DNA of 64,000 nucleotides from Eledone cirrhosa (lineage: Eukaryota): NCBI GenBank assembly GCA_964016885.1, contig OZ024742.1, positions 329,344,001-329,408,000 of the forward strand. Direction: 5' to 3'. Below the pieces are notes generated by a model that was given only the letters and a program-made list of their open reading frames with translations, was not told where the DNA came from and searched no databases. A program made the position numbers and the translations under genes. This document shows, piece after piece, positions 28,141 through 41,018 of the stretch (the first letter of the stretch is position 1; the number at the start of each line of letters is the position of its first letter).

Positions 28141-28363
28141 GTGAGGTTTTTTTTTACAAAATGAAAAATAACCGAGGTGTCCTACATGAGTGGAAGTATA
28201 AAGAAAAAGGGATGAAATCGAAAATGCAACTGAAGTCTTATTTTTTTTTTAAATATATATATTTATTTGGTTCCTTTACCGGTTTCGCAGTTCTTCTGCT
28301 TTTCAAAAGGTGAGTTGAGATGGAGGGTCTGTGGTTTTTCTCACATCTGTGGTTTTTCTCACA
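28133..28363 (-). mobile_element. Solo pLTR end of the Neptune-like family, HHR at 28273-28310
   Basis: Reverse complement of ~49035-49250, with TA tracts on both sides. Confidence 0.85.
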
Positions 28364-28376
28364 TAATATATATATA

Positions 28377-28419
<43 letters not shown>

Positions 28420-28431
28420 TATATATATATA

Positions 28432-28529
<98 letters not shown>

Positions 28530-29156
28530 GAGATACATATATTTATATAATATATATATATATATAATATATATATATATATACTATATATATATATATA
28601 CATATATATATTTATTTAATATATATAATATATGGATTTAAATATACTATATAAATATTCTATATATATATATACATATATATATTTATATATTATATAT
28701 ATATATATATAAAGAAAAAGAATGTCTGAATATAATAAATCTAATTCGAGTTTTTCGAATATTAATGATAACATTCGATTCGTTTGCAATTATGCACACA
28801 AGCCTCATTTTTAAAGCCATGTCATTCTTGCTCTTGTGTTGGCATGTAAATAGAACTGCAGACACTAATGTGTCTGTGTATCCCCCTTAATCATTACGGC
28901 TCTCTGTTCACCTGCCAACTGTCAGAGTTAGTGAAAATATATGCTACGTTCTAAAATATAGAGTTACTGACCCGTCTGATTTGCATATTGGCAGACTGGC
29001 TGATTAGTCAGATCTGCATATGAGCATTTCCACTCATCAGCCAGATTTGCATAACAGCAGACTGACCAGTCAGTTTTCTGTGTACGAGCGATAAATGGCC
29101 GGCTTTGCCACATTCAAATAAAAAAAGGTTTCGCTCTACATGGTAAAGATTACATT

Positions 29157-29203
<47 letters not shown>

Positions 29204-29206
<3 letters not shown>

Positions 29207-30750
29207 TGGTTACACAACAGTTAGTTCACCATACCGAGAACAATTGTTTCACCTTAGCGAATCCTCAGCTCGGAATGGACATGGTTATAGGAACAGGAAA
29301 GACAACCGTACGACCGTGCATGCGCAGAAACCCGGTCACTTCACACAGGCAATACTACACTGCGTACAAGGGGTGTGAGGGAGATAACTTCTAAAGTCCG
29401 GAAAGTTTTTAGGTTGAAAATAAGATTACAAAGAATCAGTCCGGAGCCTCGTAGTTATGCATAAGGTGTTTGGCGACGTGTGGACAACGTGTGGAAAAAT
29501 GCTTTTCTCGTGTTTAGGCAATCACTGATGCGTAATCTCTTTAGAATAGTTATTCGTTCGTCAATACATAAGCCACACATCGGATTTCCCCTTGCGTATG
29601 GCTTGGACTTGGTGCTGGCTTTCCATTGAATGGTGTAGTCTATACTTGAGTCATTGAGGGACCATACGTGGCTCGCGAGTTTCGTAGATGAACGTCTATC
29701 CGGGTACCTGACGTAGACTGGTGGTTCAGGAAACTTTCCTTAAATCGGCCCTCCGCCATGCCCACATAGGATTTGACCTCCTGTGGTTCGTTTGGTCGGT
29801 TGGTGCTGACCACAGCTTTATAAATAACAGCCTGTTTGTTGCATTCTGTTGAAGGGGGAAAGCTTCAGGCTTACGGCAAGAACACCCTGGTGGGTTGTTG
29901 CTCCGAGGGCTGTTGGTGATGTTGGCCTTCATCTTCGTAGCGCAAGAATATCACAGTTAACTTTGTGTCGGTTAAAGATGGAGCGGTATTTATGACCTAT
30001 GGGAAAGTGTCTATCTAAGAGGGTTGTGAGAAGCCGCTGTTAGTCAACCCCGTGTTACAGTAGGGTGCCGCCCTGTCAAATAAAGCCATATGAGAGCAAA
30101 TGTTTGAGATTCTAGTACTGATATTATATACGAAATTTCTAAAAACAGTGGAAGGGTGGCATGAGTACTTGTGAATGTAATTTAGTTACTCGTTTAGCTT
30201 ATGGAAAGGTATGTGGGTGCGTGTGCGAAGGTCTAAATTAATGTCTAAGAAATCTACGCTAGAGAGGTTGGTGGCTACTGTTATCCTAAGTTCTAACCCA
30301 TTGAAGGTAGAAGCTAAGTCTTTTTTAAACCGGTCGAGGTCATGACCACATTTATGGCTCGATAAAGCCAGTCCATTGTCGCGGTATATTCCCTTGTCCA
30401 CTCGCCGCCAAACACCTATTGCATAACTACAGGACTCCGGCTCCGGACTGCTTCTTTGTAATTTTATTTTCAACCTAAAAACTTTCCGGACTTTCGCAGT
30501 TATCCCCCTTACACCTCTCGCACGCAGTCTAGTATTGCCTGTGTGAAGTGACCGGATTCTGCGCATGCGTGTTCCTACGGTTATCCTTCCTGTTCCTATA
30601 ACCATGCCCATTCCGAGCTGAGGATCCGCTAAGGTGAAACAATTGTTCTCGGTATGGTGAACTAACTGTTGTGTAACCACTTCTACCTAACTCGTCCCAC
30701 GGACTGAGTGTTCTACCACTACGGATATTACCTTCCAGTGTTCCACCACT
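29204..30750 (-). mobile_element. Naiad-type PLE4, decayed: inverted 5' pLTR (~30397-30750), RT and EN remnants, direct 3' pLTR (29204-~29490)
   Basis: GIYRDNGL, VDFLDINLDL, PFHKLNE and GCSCRKPEAFPL motifs; the pLTRs are reverse complements; TA tracts on both sides. Confidence 0.85.
30613..30652 (+). ncRNA. Minimal type I hammerhead ribozyme (also ~29234-29273 -, truncated ~57072-57107 -)
   Basis: ccgag CTGAGGA tccgctaaggt GAAA caattg TT ctcgg; ACAATTGT is a palindrome. Confidence 0.85.
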
Positions 30751-30882
30751 ATATATATATATATAGTGGTGGAATATATATATATATATATATAGTATAT
30801 AAATATATATATTTATAATATTTATATGTAGTATATAAATATATATATATATATATAATATATATATATATATTTATATGTA

Positions 30883-30978
<96 letters not shown>

Positions 30979-31055
30979 TATATATAATATATATATATAA
31001 TATATATATAATATATATATATATAATATATATATATAATATATATATATAATAT

Positions 31056-31149
<94 letters not shown>

Positions 31150-31386
31150 ATAATATATATATATAATATATATATATATAATATATATATATAATATATA
31201 TATATATAATATATATATATATAATATATATATATATAATATATATATATAATATATATATATATTATATATATATATAATATATATATATATAATATAT
31301 ATATATATAATATATATATATATAATATATATATATAATATATATATATATAATATATATATATATATAATATATATATATAATAT

Positions 31387-31435
<49 letters not shown>

Positions 31436-31468
31436 TATATATATAATATATATATATATATAATATAT

Positions 31469-31516
<48 letters not shown>
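30750..31516. repeat. Long compound (TA)n microsatellite (others at 24866-25095, 25732-26165, 28053-28133, 28364-28710, 45570-45897, 49250-49552)
   Basis: Seen directly in the sequence. Confidence 0.97.
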
Positions 31517-31519
<3 letters not shown>

Positions 31520-32080
31520 AAAGTATGTACTCCTATGTGTAAATCATACACACAGGGAGACAAGTATGTTCCAACCGTATGCCAGTGTGGTTCGATGGCA
31601 AGTTAATAAATTAATATGCCAGAACATATAAAATCAAGGTCACGCAAATAGAGAAAAAGTCTGAAAATAAATTTCAAAATATTTTACTGTACTTACTATA
31701 TGTGTTTCACCTCTCATTCACTCTCATTCACTCTCATTCGGGAACAATTGTGTGTGGCGCCAGTTTGTAAATGAACTCGAGAATTTTATATTCTTCGAGT
31801 GAGAAAAGCCTTCTGACGACGATCTCTTTCTCAATGAAAATCCGCTTGGATTATGTGTTTATTTTGTGATCAGATACCGCGGTACAGGCACATATAGTAA
31901 GTACAGTAAAATGTTTTGAAATTTATTTTAAGACTTTTTCTCTATTTGCTTGACCATCATTTTATATGTTCTGGCATGTTAATTTATTAACTTGCCATCG
32001 AACCACACTGGCATACGTTTGGAAAATACTTGTCTCCCTGTGTGTATGATTTAGACATAGGTATACATACTTTTATTATA
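31514..32080. mobile_element. Non-coding fold-back element with ~190-bp diverged inverted arms, between TA tracts
   Basis: 31514-31704 is inverted relative to ~31889-32080; a degenerate HHR-like core lies in the spacer. Confidence 0.7.
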
Positions 32081-33049
32081 TATATATATGTGTGTGCGTG
32101 TGTGTATGCGTGCGTGCGTGTGTGACAAATACTGTTGCAAAGATTTTATTTCTGAGTCCAGTTCAAATTTACCTGATTTATTTTACCTATTATCCATAGC
32201 TATATACATTTTCTAAATACTGGTTAAAATTACAAATTCTATCTCTTTCTTCCCGCCCCCCCCCTCTCTCTCTCTCTTTCTGTCTTAAGTCAACCCCTGT
32301 GCGTTACTGCTACTTTATTTTATTGATCCCGTAAGTATGAAAGTCAAAGCTAACCTATGCGGCATTCGAACTCAGAAGGTAAAGCCCCGCAAATCTACGC
32401 CGAAAAGTATGTCGTCCGACGCTCTATCAGCTATGGAACCTAAAGTATAGTTATATCGTCTTGAGTGGACGAATGATAATACATTAGATCCTTTTATTTT
32501 GTACATAATGGGCTTTATTCTTCCTGTTAACTCATACACACATACACACATATGCATCATGTCTTGTTATATAGTAATTTCGCCGCTTCCTTAGCATTCA
32601 GTAGATTCCATATCTTAGAAAATGTAGACGTCTCAGCCATAGAAAATATCAGTGACCACAGTCAATAGCTATAAATACTACAATAGCCGAAAACTACCAC
32701 AATAGACGAAAAACATCGGTCTACAATCGCTATGAATAATCGAAAACCTTCAATCTGAAATTCCGACTGAGCGCTCTTAAACATTGTGCTATACGGCTTC
32801 TGACAACAAATTTCCTCTAAATAGGGAGCTAAACGAACTGTTGTGATATAAGGAACATTTCGAAGTGAAACTATCGGAGCGTTGAGTAAATTGAAGTTCT
32901 TAGTAAATCCAGATATGTCTAACGCAGAGCTACTTTCTTTGTAGCTGCTGGGTTATTTCTCCTATTATAGGTCTATTCCATTTGACATTTAATTTATTAC
33001 ATATAATAATAGACTGTGGTTTAGAATATTTTCTTAACTCTTTTATCAA

Positions 33050-34300
33050 GTTTACCCACTATATATTTTGAATATCTCAGAGCTTGTGCCAGGTTGTCAT
33101 ATTGTCCTCTTAACAAAACACGGAACGCTGTTTTGTTAACAGGACAATGTGATAGTGAATGGTGCGCCTGGTGGGCATTTTCTTCCAACACTTCGAGTTT
33201 CTCCTGATTATTTTCGATGAACCAGTCCTCCAATCCCTGGCATTCTTTGTAGACCACTCTGGGACATTTTCAAAGCAATTTAGCACGATTATTCATGTGC
33301 TCTCAAAGAAGTTCGGGAGAGTGATCCTTAAGATCTGGCTGACGCTATGCATGTGAGCACGCTTTTAAATTAACACGCAGAAATTGAGTTCTTCGAGGTA
33401 CCTAGTTTTCTTCAACTTCAATTGGAGACTGAGGTTGTCACAGACAAAACAATAATAATTATGACATTCCGCACAAGCCATTATTCATGTATATTAAACG
33501 TTTTGATAATCTATCTTGCGAACTAATGCGTAGTCAGTCAATTAGGTGAAAATACTTGGATTTAAGACGTAATCAGCTTGTCACACTTTCTGTGAGAAAC
33601 AAAATTTGTGCTGCACAGATGTAACAGAAGGCTACGATTTTCTTTGCAGCTTCAAATACAATGACTGAACCTTATTTTTTTCAATGTCTCTGAATCTCTG
33701 TCTACCCAGGCGTTAACATCACAAAAGAAGATAATCTTATCATGTACAGAGCTACCCAGTAGAAGGTTAACAAAATCAACATAAAGCGTTTTCATTTTTG
33801 CATGATCTACAGAAAAGCTAGAGGAGTATATGTGGTAAAGCTTGCTATGTTTCGGGGATTGAATTTGTAGGCGTATAGATATGATGCTGTCAGACAAACA
33901 CATTGGTAGGAATTTAAACTCGAAGTAATCGAGAGAACGCGTATTTCGGTGTTTGGCTTGCCAGTCCAGTATAGAGCCTACATTTTTTTAGACGAACAGC
34001 GCTAATAGCAACGGTAATAACTTTCATGTGCAACGAGAACAGAATCTCGTTTTGCGAGAACACAGTTTGTTGCATCCAGCATAGTCCTGATATTTAAACA
34101 AAAGAAATTCAATTGCTGTTTCTGTGCCACTTGTGAAGCATATGTGTATCTTTATTTGTAATTGGTGTTATTGTTCGACTGCGATTGCACACCAGCCATT
34201 AGTAAAGACATGAGGGGAAAGATGAGATATAATGAGGCCTCTTTTTCTTGGCGCATTTTCTTGGACTAGCAAACAGTGTTGTCTGAGAGAAGGCTATTTG
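33050..34300 (-). mobile_element. Old RTE-clade LINE fragment (APE endonuclease and linker)
   Basis: DKIIFFCDVNAWVDRD and DWFIENNQE..AHQAH..CPVNKTAFR resemble RTE/BovB-type ORF segments; many disablements. Confidence 0.6.
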
Positions 34301-34990
34301 GGCGTACAGTGTGCTTGGAGAAATAAGCTTCCGTTTTCAGCTTGAAAGCAAACTTTCACATGCTACAAGAACAGAACCTTGTTTTGGGAGAATCTACATT
34401 TGCTTGAACAGCAACTACCAGTTTTACCTTCCACATGCTGTTTTTACTGCCTTCTAAGTACTGCAGGGGTTGGTGAATTGATACAAATTGTCCTAGACGT
34501 GAGAGTATCCTTCGGTCTGGACAATGGAATGTTGGTGGGGTGTAGTTTGTAGAGTATTAGCCTTATCAATTCATGCGAGATTCATTGGCTATGACCTATC
34601 CAGGTTCAGGAAAACGAGGAACCTCGTAAATAGGGTGTTGTTCCAAACACAGCAATGTTGGAATGGCCAGTTACAGTGAGCCGAATAGCGTCACGCACTA
34701 CACCAAGAAAATTGAGGCTATCGTTTAACTAAGATGTCATGCTGATATTTCACCATTGTATAATATCCATTTCAGAGTAATACATACACTACGTAATACG
34801 ACGTCCGCAGAAGATACAACCCAAGGCCATACCATTAATTGAACCGCGAGAAATAGAGTGTGGTTTTGAAGTCTCTGTTTGTTCTTTTAATTTTCTCTTG
34901 CGTTGTGTGGGACTGGTAAGTGCGCTTGAATCTAGGTTTATGGATTTCATTTCGATTCATACATAAATATATATATACATATATACCTAT

Positions 34991-35365
34991 TTCCTGGATC
35001 TGACTCGAACATCTTCTCTTCCTCCCTCTGATCTCGTTGATGATCATCCACCTCTCCTTACATCCAGACATACCAACCGCTCTCTCCACACTTCTGTTCT
35101 TCTCTATAAATTGCCTCCTCTCTGAGGAGACATAGGTTAGCTGGACAGGTTCACCGACATCCAGAGTTGACACTGCACTCAGCGCTCCAGTGGGAGGCCC
35201 TGCATGGACACACTGGAAGAGGAAGACCAAGGTTAACGTATGTTGATACCCTAAGGACAGAAACTGGTCCGTTGGAGACGCAGAACATGGCAGCGATAAT
35301 GAGGGACAGAGACCGCTGGAGAGAACACGTCCATGGATCTCGGGAATTTTACCCGCCCTAGATAG
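34991..35365 (+). mobile_element. RTE-superfamily LINE 3' end with inverted 5' piece and 12-bp TSD
   Basis: LQWEALHG..GRGRPRLTYVDTL..MRDRDRWR on +; WMIINEIRGRK on -; atatatacctat at 34979-34990 and 35366-35377. Confidence 0.7.
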
Positions 35366-35622
35366 ATATATACCTATACATACATACATACATACATACA
35401 TACATACATACATACATACATACATACATACGTGTGGGTGTAGGGAAAAAGTAGCCAGTGGCACCTTCCATCTCTAGGATTAATCTACCAGATTTACTGA
35501 ACTATTATTTACAATGAAAGACGGTTGTTTCAGTTATTTTCTGGGTTTGGGATTCCCAGATATCTAAAGCACCCAGTCATTCGATATATATATATATATA
35601 TATATATAATCACTGGGTGATT

Positions 35623-35653
<31 letters not shown>

Positions 35654-35660
35654 GTGTATA

Positions 35661-35732
<72 letters not shown>

Positions 35733-35963
35733 TGTGTGTCTGCAGATAAAATAATATGACTGATCCTGGAAATGGAAAGATAATGTAAGAATATTTAATC
35801 GATTTTCGGATCTGATTGGGCTCACAGCAAATGACTTGTATATCATCTAATCAACACCAAGGAAACATGTAATTGACAATGAATGGAGCAACATTAAAAC
35901 CATTTTGAGAAAGGCTGCTAGAGAAACGTTGAGCTTTGAAATCAGTGGTTCCCTGCAAATAAT

Positions 35964-36063
35964 TGTTTCTACTTTTGGCACAAGGCCAGCAATTACTCAA
36001 TACATTACTGGTACTTTATTTTATCGACCCCGTAAGGATGAAAGGCAAGGTTAACCTCAGCGG
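35964..36063 (-). mobile_element. 5'-truncated SINE with 17-bp TSD
   Basis: SINE core; ggttccctgcaaataat at 35947-35963 and 36064-36080. Confidence 0.85.
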
Positions 36064-36377
36064 GGTTCCCTGCAAATAATGTTATGATCACTGATGCCAT
36101 TTAGACCGAAAGACAAATTCGGTTGGAGTTGGAGGCGGTGAAACATTTTCAAAAATATTGTACATACGGCAACTACAGGATAAACCCTCTCCTCTCCAGA
36201 GCAGGGAACTTTTTAGCAAGAATAATCTTAAGATGCTTGCACATACTGCTTAGAGTTCCAATGGGAATTCCGGTCCATCAGAGGGCCTATACTCACGATA
36301 TTCTGTGCAAGACAGGTACACAGAAAAGGCAGAGAACATCAAAGACTACTTTACATAATTTGACAGTATGCATAGTG

Positions 36378-36496
36378 AAGGCGTATGGCTTAGTGGTTAG
36401 AGCATTGCGTTAGTAATCGAAAGGTTGTGAGTTCAATTCTCGACCGCGTGATGTGTTGTTTCCGTTGCTCCAGTTTACTCAGCTGTAGAAATGAGA
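36378..36496 (+). mobile_element. tRNA-derived SINE, second family
   Basis: A-box-like tggcttagtggttagagc, B-box-like gagttcaattctc, then ctccagtttactcagctgtagaaatgag. Confidence 0.6.
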
Positions 36497-36614
36497 TGAT
36501 AGGACTGGGGTCCGTATCATTATCTTACGCAAGACACCTCCAATGGAGGAGGAGGCCAGCTAAACCTGCATCGGTATGAGCTGTTACACACACATACACA
36601 CACATACGATTAGG

Positions 36615-37215
36615 GAGGCCATGTGTCAGCTAGTGAAAAGGTTTGGATGTCCACCAACAATGGTCTCCATTATTAGAACATTCCACGATAATGTGGTGAG
36701 TAGGGTGCTGCACATTAACCAAACGACCGAAACCTTCCCGATCACATGCGTTTTATAATAGGAGTGTGTCTTGGCACCCGCATTTTTCTCCATCGATTTA
36801 GCAGCTATGATGATTGAAGTCCCACCTGAGAGACCTGGAATAAATCGGCGCTACCGACTTGATGGGACCATTTTCAATACTAGTCGCTTTCGATCTAGCA
36901 GAACCACCACGGTCTTTAGAGTGACTGACCTTCATTTTGCTGATGATATGACTGCCTTGTATGAGATTGAAATATCCGTGAGGAATCATACCAATGCATA
37001 CCAGTGGTTTGGCCTCATATTAAATGTAAATAAGACTAAAATCCTGATCCAACACCCCCAAGAGTAAATGGAAGTGAGCCCAAAATTAAAATCCGAGGGA
37101 TGGAGGTAGAAAGTGTTTCAATTCCCTACCTCGGAGACATCCTAACCGAAGACTCAATGTCAAGCAAAGATATAGAATTTAAGATCCAGCCAGCAAGTGT
37201 TGCAGTTTGGTATTT
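36615..37215 (+). mobile_element. RTE-clade RT fragment
   Basis: RFGCPPTMVSIIRTFHD, VLAPAFFSI, LHFADD and FGLILNVNKTKI motifs. Confidence 0.8.
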
Positions 37216-37544
37216 AGCACTGGGAAATATAACCTACATTACCTATGATTAAAGTGTTTGTTTCACATGTTATTACTTTCTCTAATGTGTGTTTGGTGTT
37301 TTTAAAGCTGTAGTGTTTTAAATGGTTCTGTTGATCATAATTTTAAACGTGTAAGTTTAGCTGCGGAACCTTTTAATGGTTGCAGCGAATTTCGTTTTTC
37401 CTATTGTCATATTTATTTACACAGCCGAAGATGACGATGAGAAGAACGCTGTGATGATGATGAGTATTATAAGAATTGTGTTTATAGTAAGGTAATGGGC
37501 ATTACGATGGTCATGAACATGTTAGTGCTTAGTATGATAATAAT

Positions 37545-37723
37545 TTTTTCTACTTTGAGCCCAAGGCCAGCAAATACCCAGTACATTACTGGTACTTTAT
37601 TTTATCGACCTCGTAAGGATGAAAGGCAAAGTTAACCTCGGCGGGATTTGAACTCAGATCGTAAAGGGTCGTAACTATGCTGGAAAGCATGTCCGACCCT
37701 CTACCAATTCTGTCAATCCACCG
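37545..37723 (-). mobile_element. Full-length tRNA-derived SINE with 18-bp TSD
   Basis: A and B boxes on the minus strand (gagttcaaatcccgccgagg); gcttagtatgataataat at 37527-37544 and 37723-37740. Confidence 0.9.
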
Positions 37724-39296
37724 CTTAGTATGATAATAATGACAGTGATATTACGACGACAACGACTATGGTGAGGATGATGATCATGATGATATCATTA
37801 ATATTGATTATTACGATGATTCCTGTAATTAGCATGATAATAATTTGCATTGCGCAACATCTCTTATGAAACTAATATAAACCACAATGAAGTTATACAT
37901 AAATTTAGAACATTTCCTCATACTTAGACAGCATGAATTAATTAAACTTACTGAACAGATGTAGTTATGCATTCAACAATAATTTGCTTTCTCTTTTATG
38001 TTCAACAGCAAGCCTTAATATATTTTATTAATTGGGTTTCCACTACAAATACTGTTAACGGACAAAATATACTAACACGGAGATATCTTCAATTAGTCAC
38101 TTGTTTTGATATAAATAGCAGCCAAATGTACCTGCCACTAATGTTACACGACTCAGGGCACATTTCATAATGTAATTCTACATAAACCATTAAACAGTTA
38201 GATATCAGTCCGCTGGAAACTGCCCCTCGTTCTTACCGCAAAACTTGCTATCTTAAAATAGACATATATTACAGTAAAATATTATATAACAATTTTAATT
38301 AAGAAGATTATGTCATGATCCAAACAGGTTTAATGTATTTGACTAAATTCTCCCGATTTATATATTATTTGAAATATATATTCTAAGAATATATTTTAAC
38401 AAAAGTTAAGAATTTTTTTTATCAGTATGGTAACAAAAGTGTTAAAAGCCCTAATGCTCAAGGCTAGTATGAATCTGATGGTGTGTGTTCTGAAACAACT
38501 AATACAACGATAATTTATTTGAGAGAAATTAAATGAACTTGGTATCGTATTCAGATATCTACCTATTATTACAGCACCACTGTATACAGACAACTATATT
38601 TACAATGTCAGCAAATACTCATGGCATTGGTATTTTAGCTCGTTCTGTCCTTGGTGAAGACAACATTTCATATATTCCCTGTCCACTCAAAATGAGAAAA
38701 ATGAGTTCATTATGCAATTCAAAAGGCTAGATTTATCATACACTGTGTTACAACGAATATTCCTAAGAATTCCGGTAAGATTACGTGTCACACACGGTAT
38801 TATCACGCGTTGTCTATTCCGCGGAGACAAAAAAATCTTAATGTTTAAATGAAATTAAGATCTGCTTTCTGTTACAGAATTTATTTAAAAAATCTTAAAG
38901 CAGCAAATATTCATCTGTAAATGGAGTCCCGCCAAGGTTAACTTTGCTTTTCATCCTATGGGGTCGTTGAAATAAAGTACCAGTAATGCACTGCGATAAT
39001 TGCTTGTCTTCTGCTAAAAGTAGAAACACTTATTTGTAATAGCAGCAACAATATGAATATATAAAAAGAGAAGAAAAGCAAGGGGGAGACTGCAATAGTA
39101 GAGGAAAGGAGAAGCAGAAGTATTACAAAAAACAGGGGCACAAGAAGTATAAAAAGAGAGAGGGAAGGGAAGAAAATATAAATATGATAACATCAGGTTG
39201 CAGAGTTCAAAGCAATATGCATATTAAGAATTCGTTTTAGTAGCCAATAAATAAATAAATAAATAAATAAATAAATATATATGTGTGTGTGTGTGT

Positions 39297-39375
<79 letters not shown>

Positions 39376-40633
39376 AAAACATACGCACAAACCTGAACGC
39401 ACATATACGTATATTAGTGCGGGACCATATATCAATATACATGTGTACATAATGCGGTGGGGGAAATTTTGAATTATAAAGTGAATAGCTTTAGATCATT
39501 AACATATGAACATTCTTTAGAGGCACGTTATTTGGATCATACAGGAAGTAATTATTCGACAGAGTTCATATAAGATATATATCAGTGGCAATCTCCATAC
39601 CCACGCCTTACTTACTCTGACGCACACATGGCCAATTTAACCTGCTAGAACTAATAGTCACATATCCATTATATTACAGTCTGAAGAACGAAGTATACAA
39701 TCGAAATATAGCTGAAATCTTGCGTTATATATTTATAGTTTAGTCCTGCGGTGGTAAAGCTCCATGCCTATTATGAGATTGGTAGGAAGGCTGACAAAAT
39801 ACTAACTCAGATTATAATGTTGGAGTGGTGCGTAGGTTTAATTCTAATAACAAAATAAGCCATGCAGTGATTCGAACTCAGAATGCATAATACCGAAACA
39901 CTTCCCACCCAGTTTAACGACTTAAAACAATAAAAAGCAAAGCTAATCTCTGGAGATTTTGAATTCAGAATGTAAGGAACAGGACAAATAACACTGGGCT
40001 TTTCGTCTGATGCAGCAAATCATCCCTCAAATTCACAGTATATATATAGTATCTGAATAAACACACACACACACACACTGACAAAATATAAGTGGCAATC
40101 GGTATAAGGCTTTAGGACGAATTTCTCTCTGTCTCTCTCCCTGCCCCCTCTCTCTCTCACACACAAACATATATATACACATGTAATTTTCTTCTTTTTT
40201 ATCATCTATTTTTTCCTCTTTTATTTTGTCTTATCTTCACAAAACGATGCAGAAATTAAATATTTCTAAGTAGTGTCGTGTAAACAAAAATGTGTTTTAT
40301 ATATATATATATTTTTTTTCACAATTTACACCCCCCCCCCCACCTTACACATAATTACCTAAAAACGCCTGCATATACGTACACGCCTACAGTTTCGCAC
40401 ACACACACATATATATATATTTACGTGCATTCACGCATATGAATGCATGTGCACTTATTTATGTGTGTATATTAAAATTCAAATAGACATGTCTAAACTC
40501 AAACAGAAAAAAATTATTTAATTTATAAGGCATATTTTATTCCATGCAAGTAATATAGTGGACATTGTATCAGGATTTTCAGGTACAAATCTGTTTATAT
40601 AAATATATATACATGAAACTTATAAGTAGACTA

Positions 40634-40678
<45 letters not shown>

Positions 40679-41018
40679 GCATGAAACTAATACTAATATC
40701 ATTTGTACTGCCTCTCTCTTTTTTGTTCTCTGTTTATTTATTAAACTATATATATATATAAGTTTCTATTTATTTGCCACGAGGGCACAAAAGAGGGGAA
40801 AAAATGCAAGGGAGGAGTTTACATAAAGGGACGAGTAAAAAAAAGAAATAACAAATATAAAATTAACAATACGGTCCTCAATAGGGAGGAGGCGTTTTGG
40901 GGGTTACACCCACCCCCGAAAAAGTGTGTAACCTTTTTCCTTACGAGCACAGAGAGGGGGGGGGGGTGCTCCATTGCAATTCCACCTTTCCACCTACAGG
41001 CTGATAAAGAGAGAAGGC

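Noticed and set aside
28965-29075. CTGATGA on the minus strand plus two ATTTGCAT octamer sites
   Set aside because: No room for stem II and no convincing stems; the octamers come from a short internal duplication and there is no promoter context.
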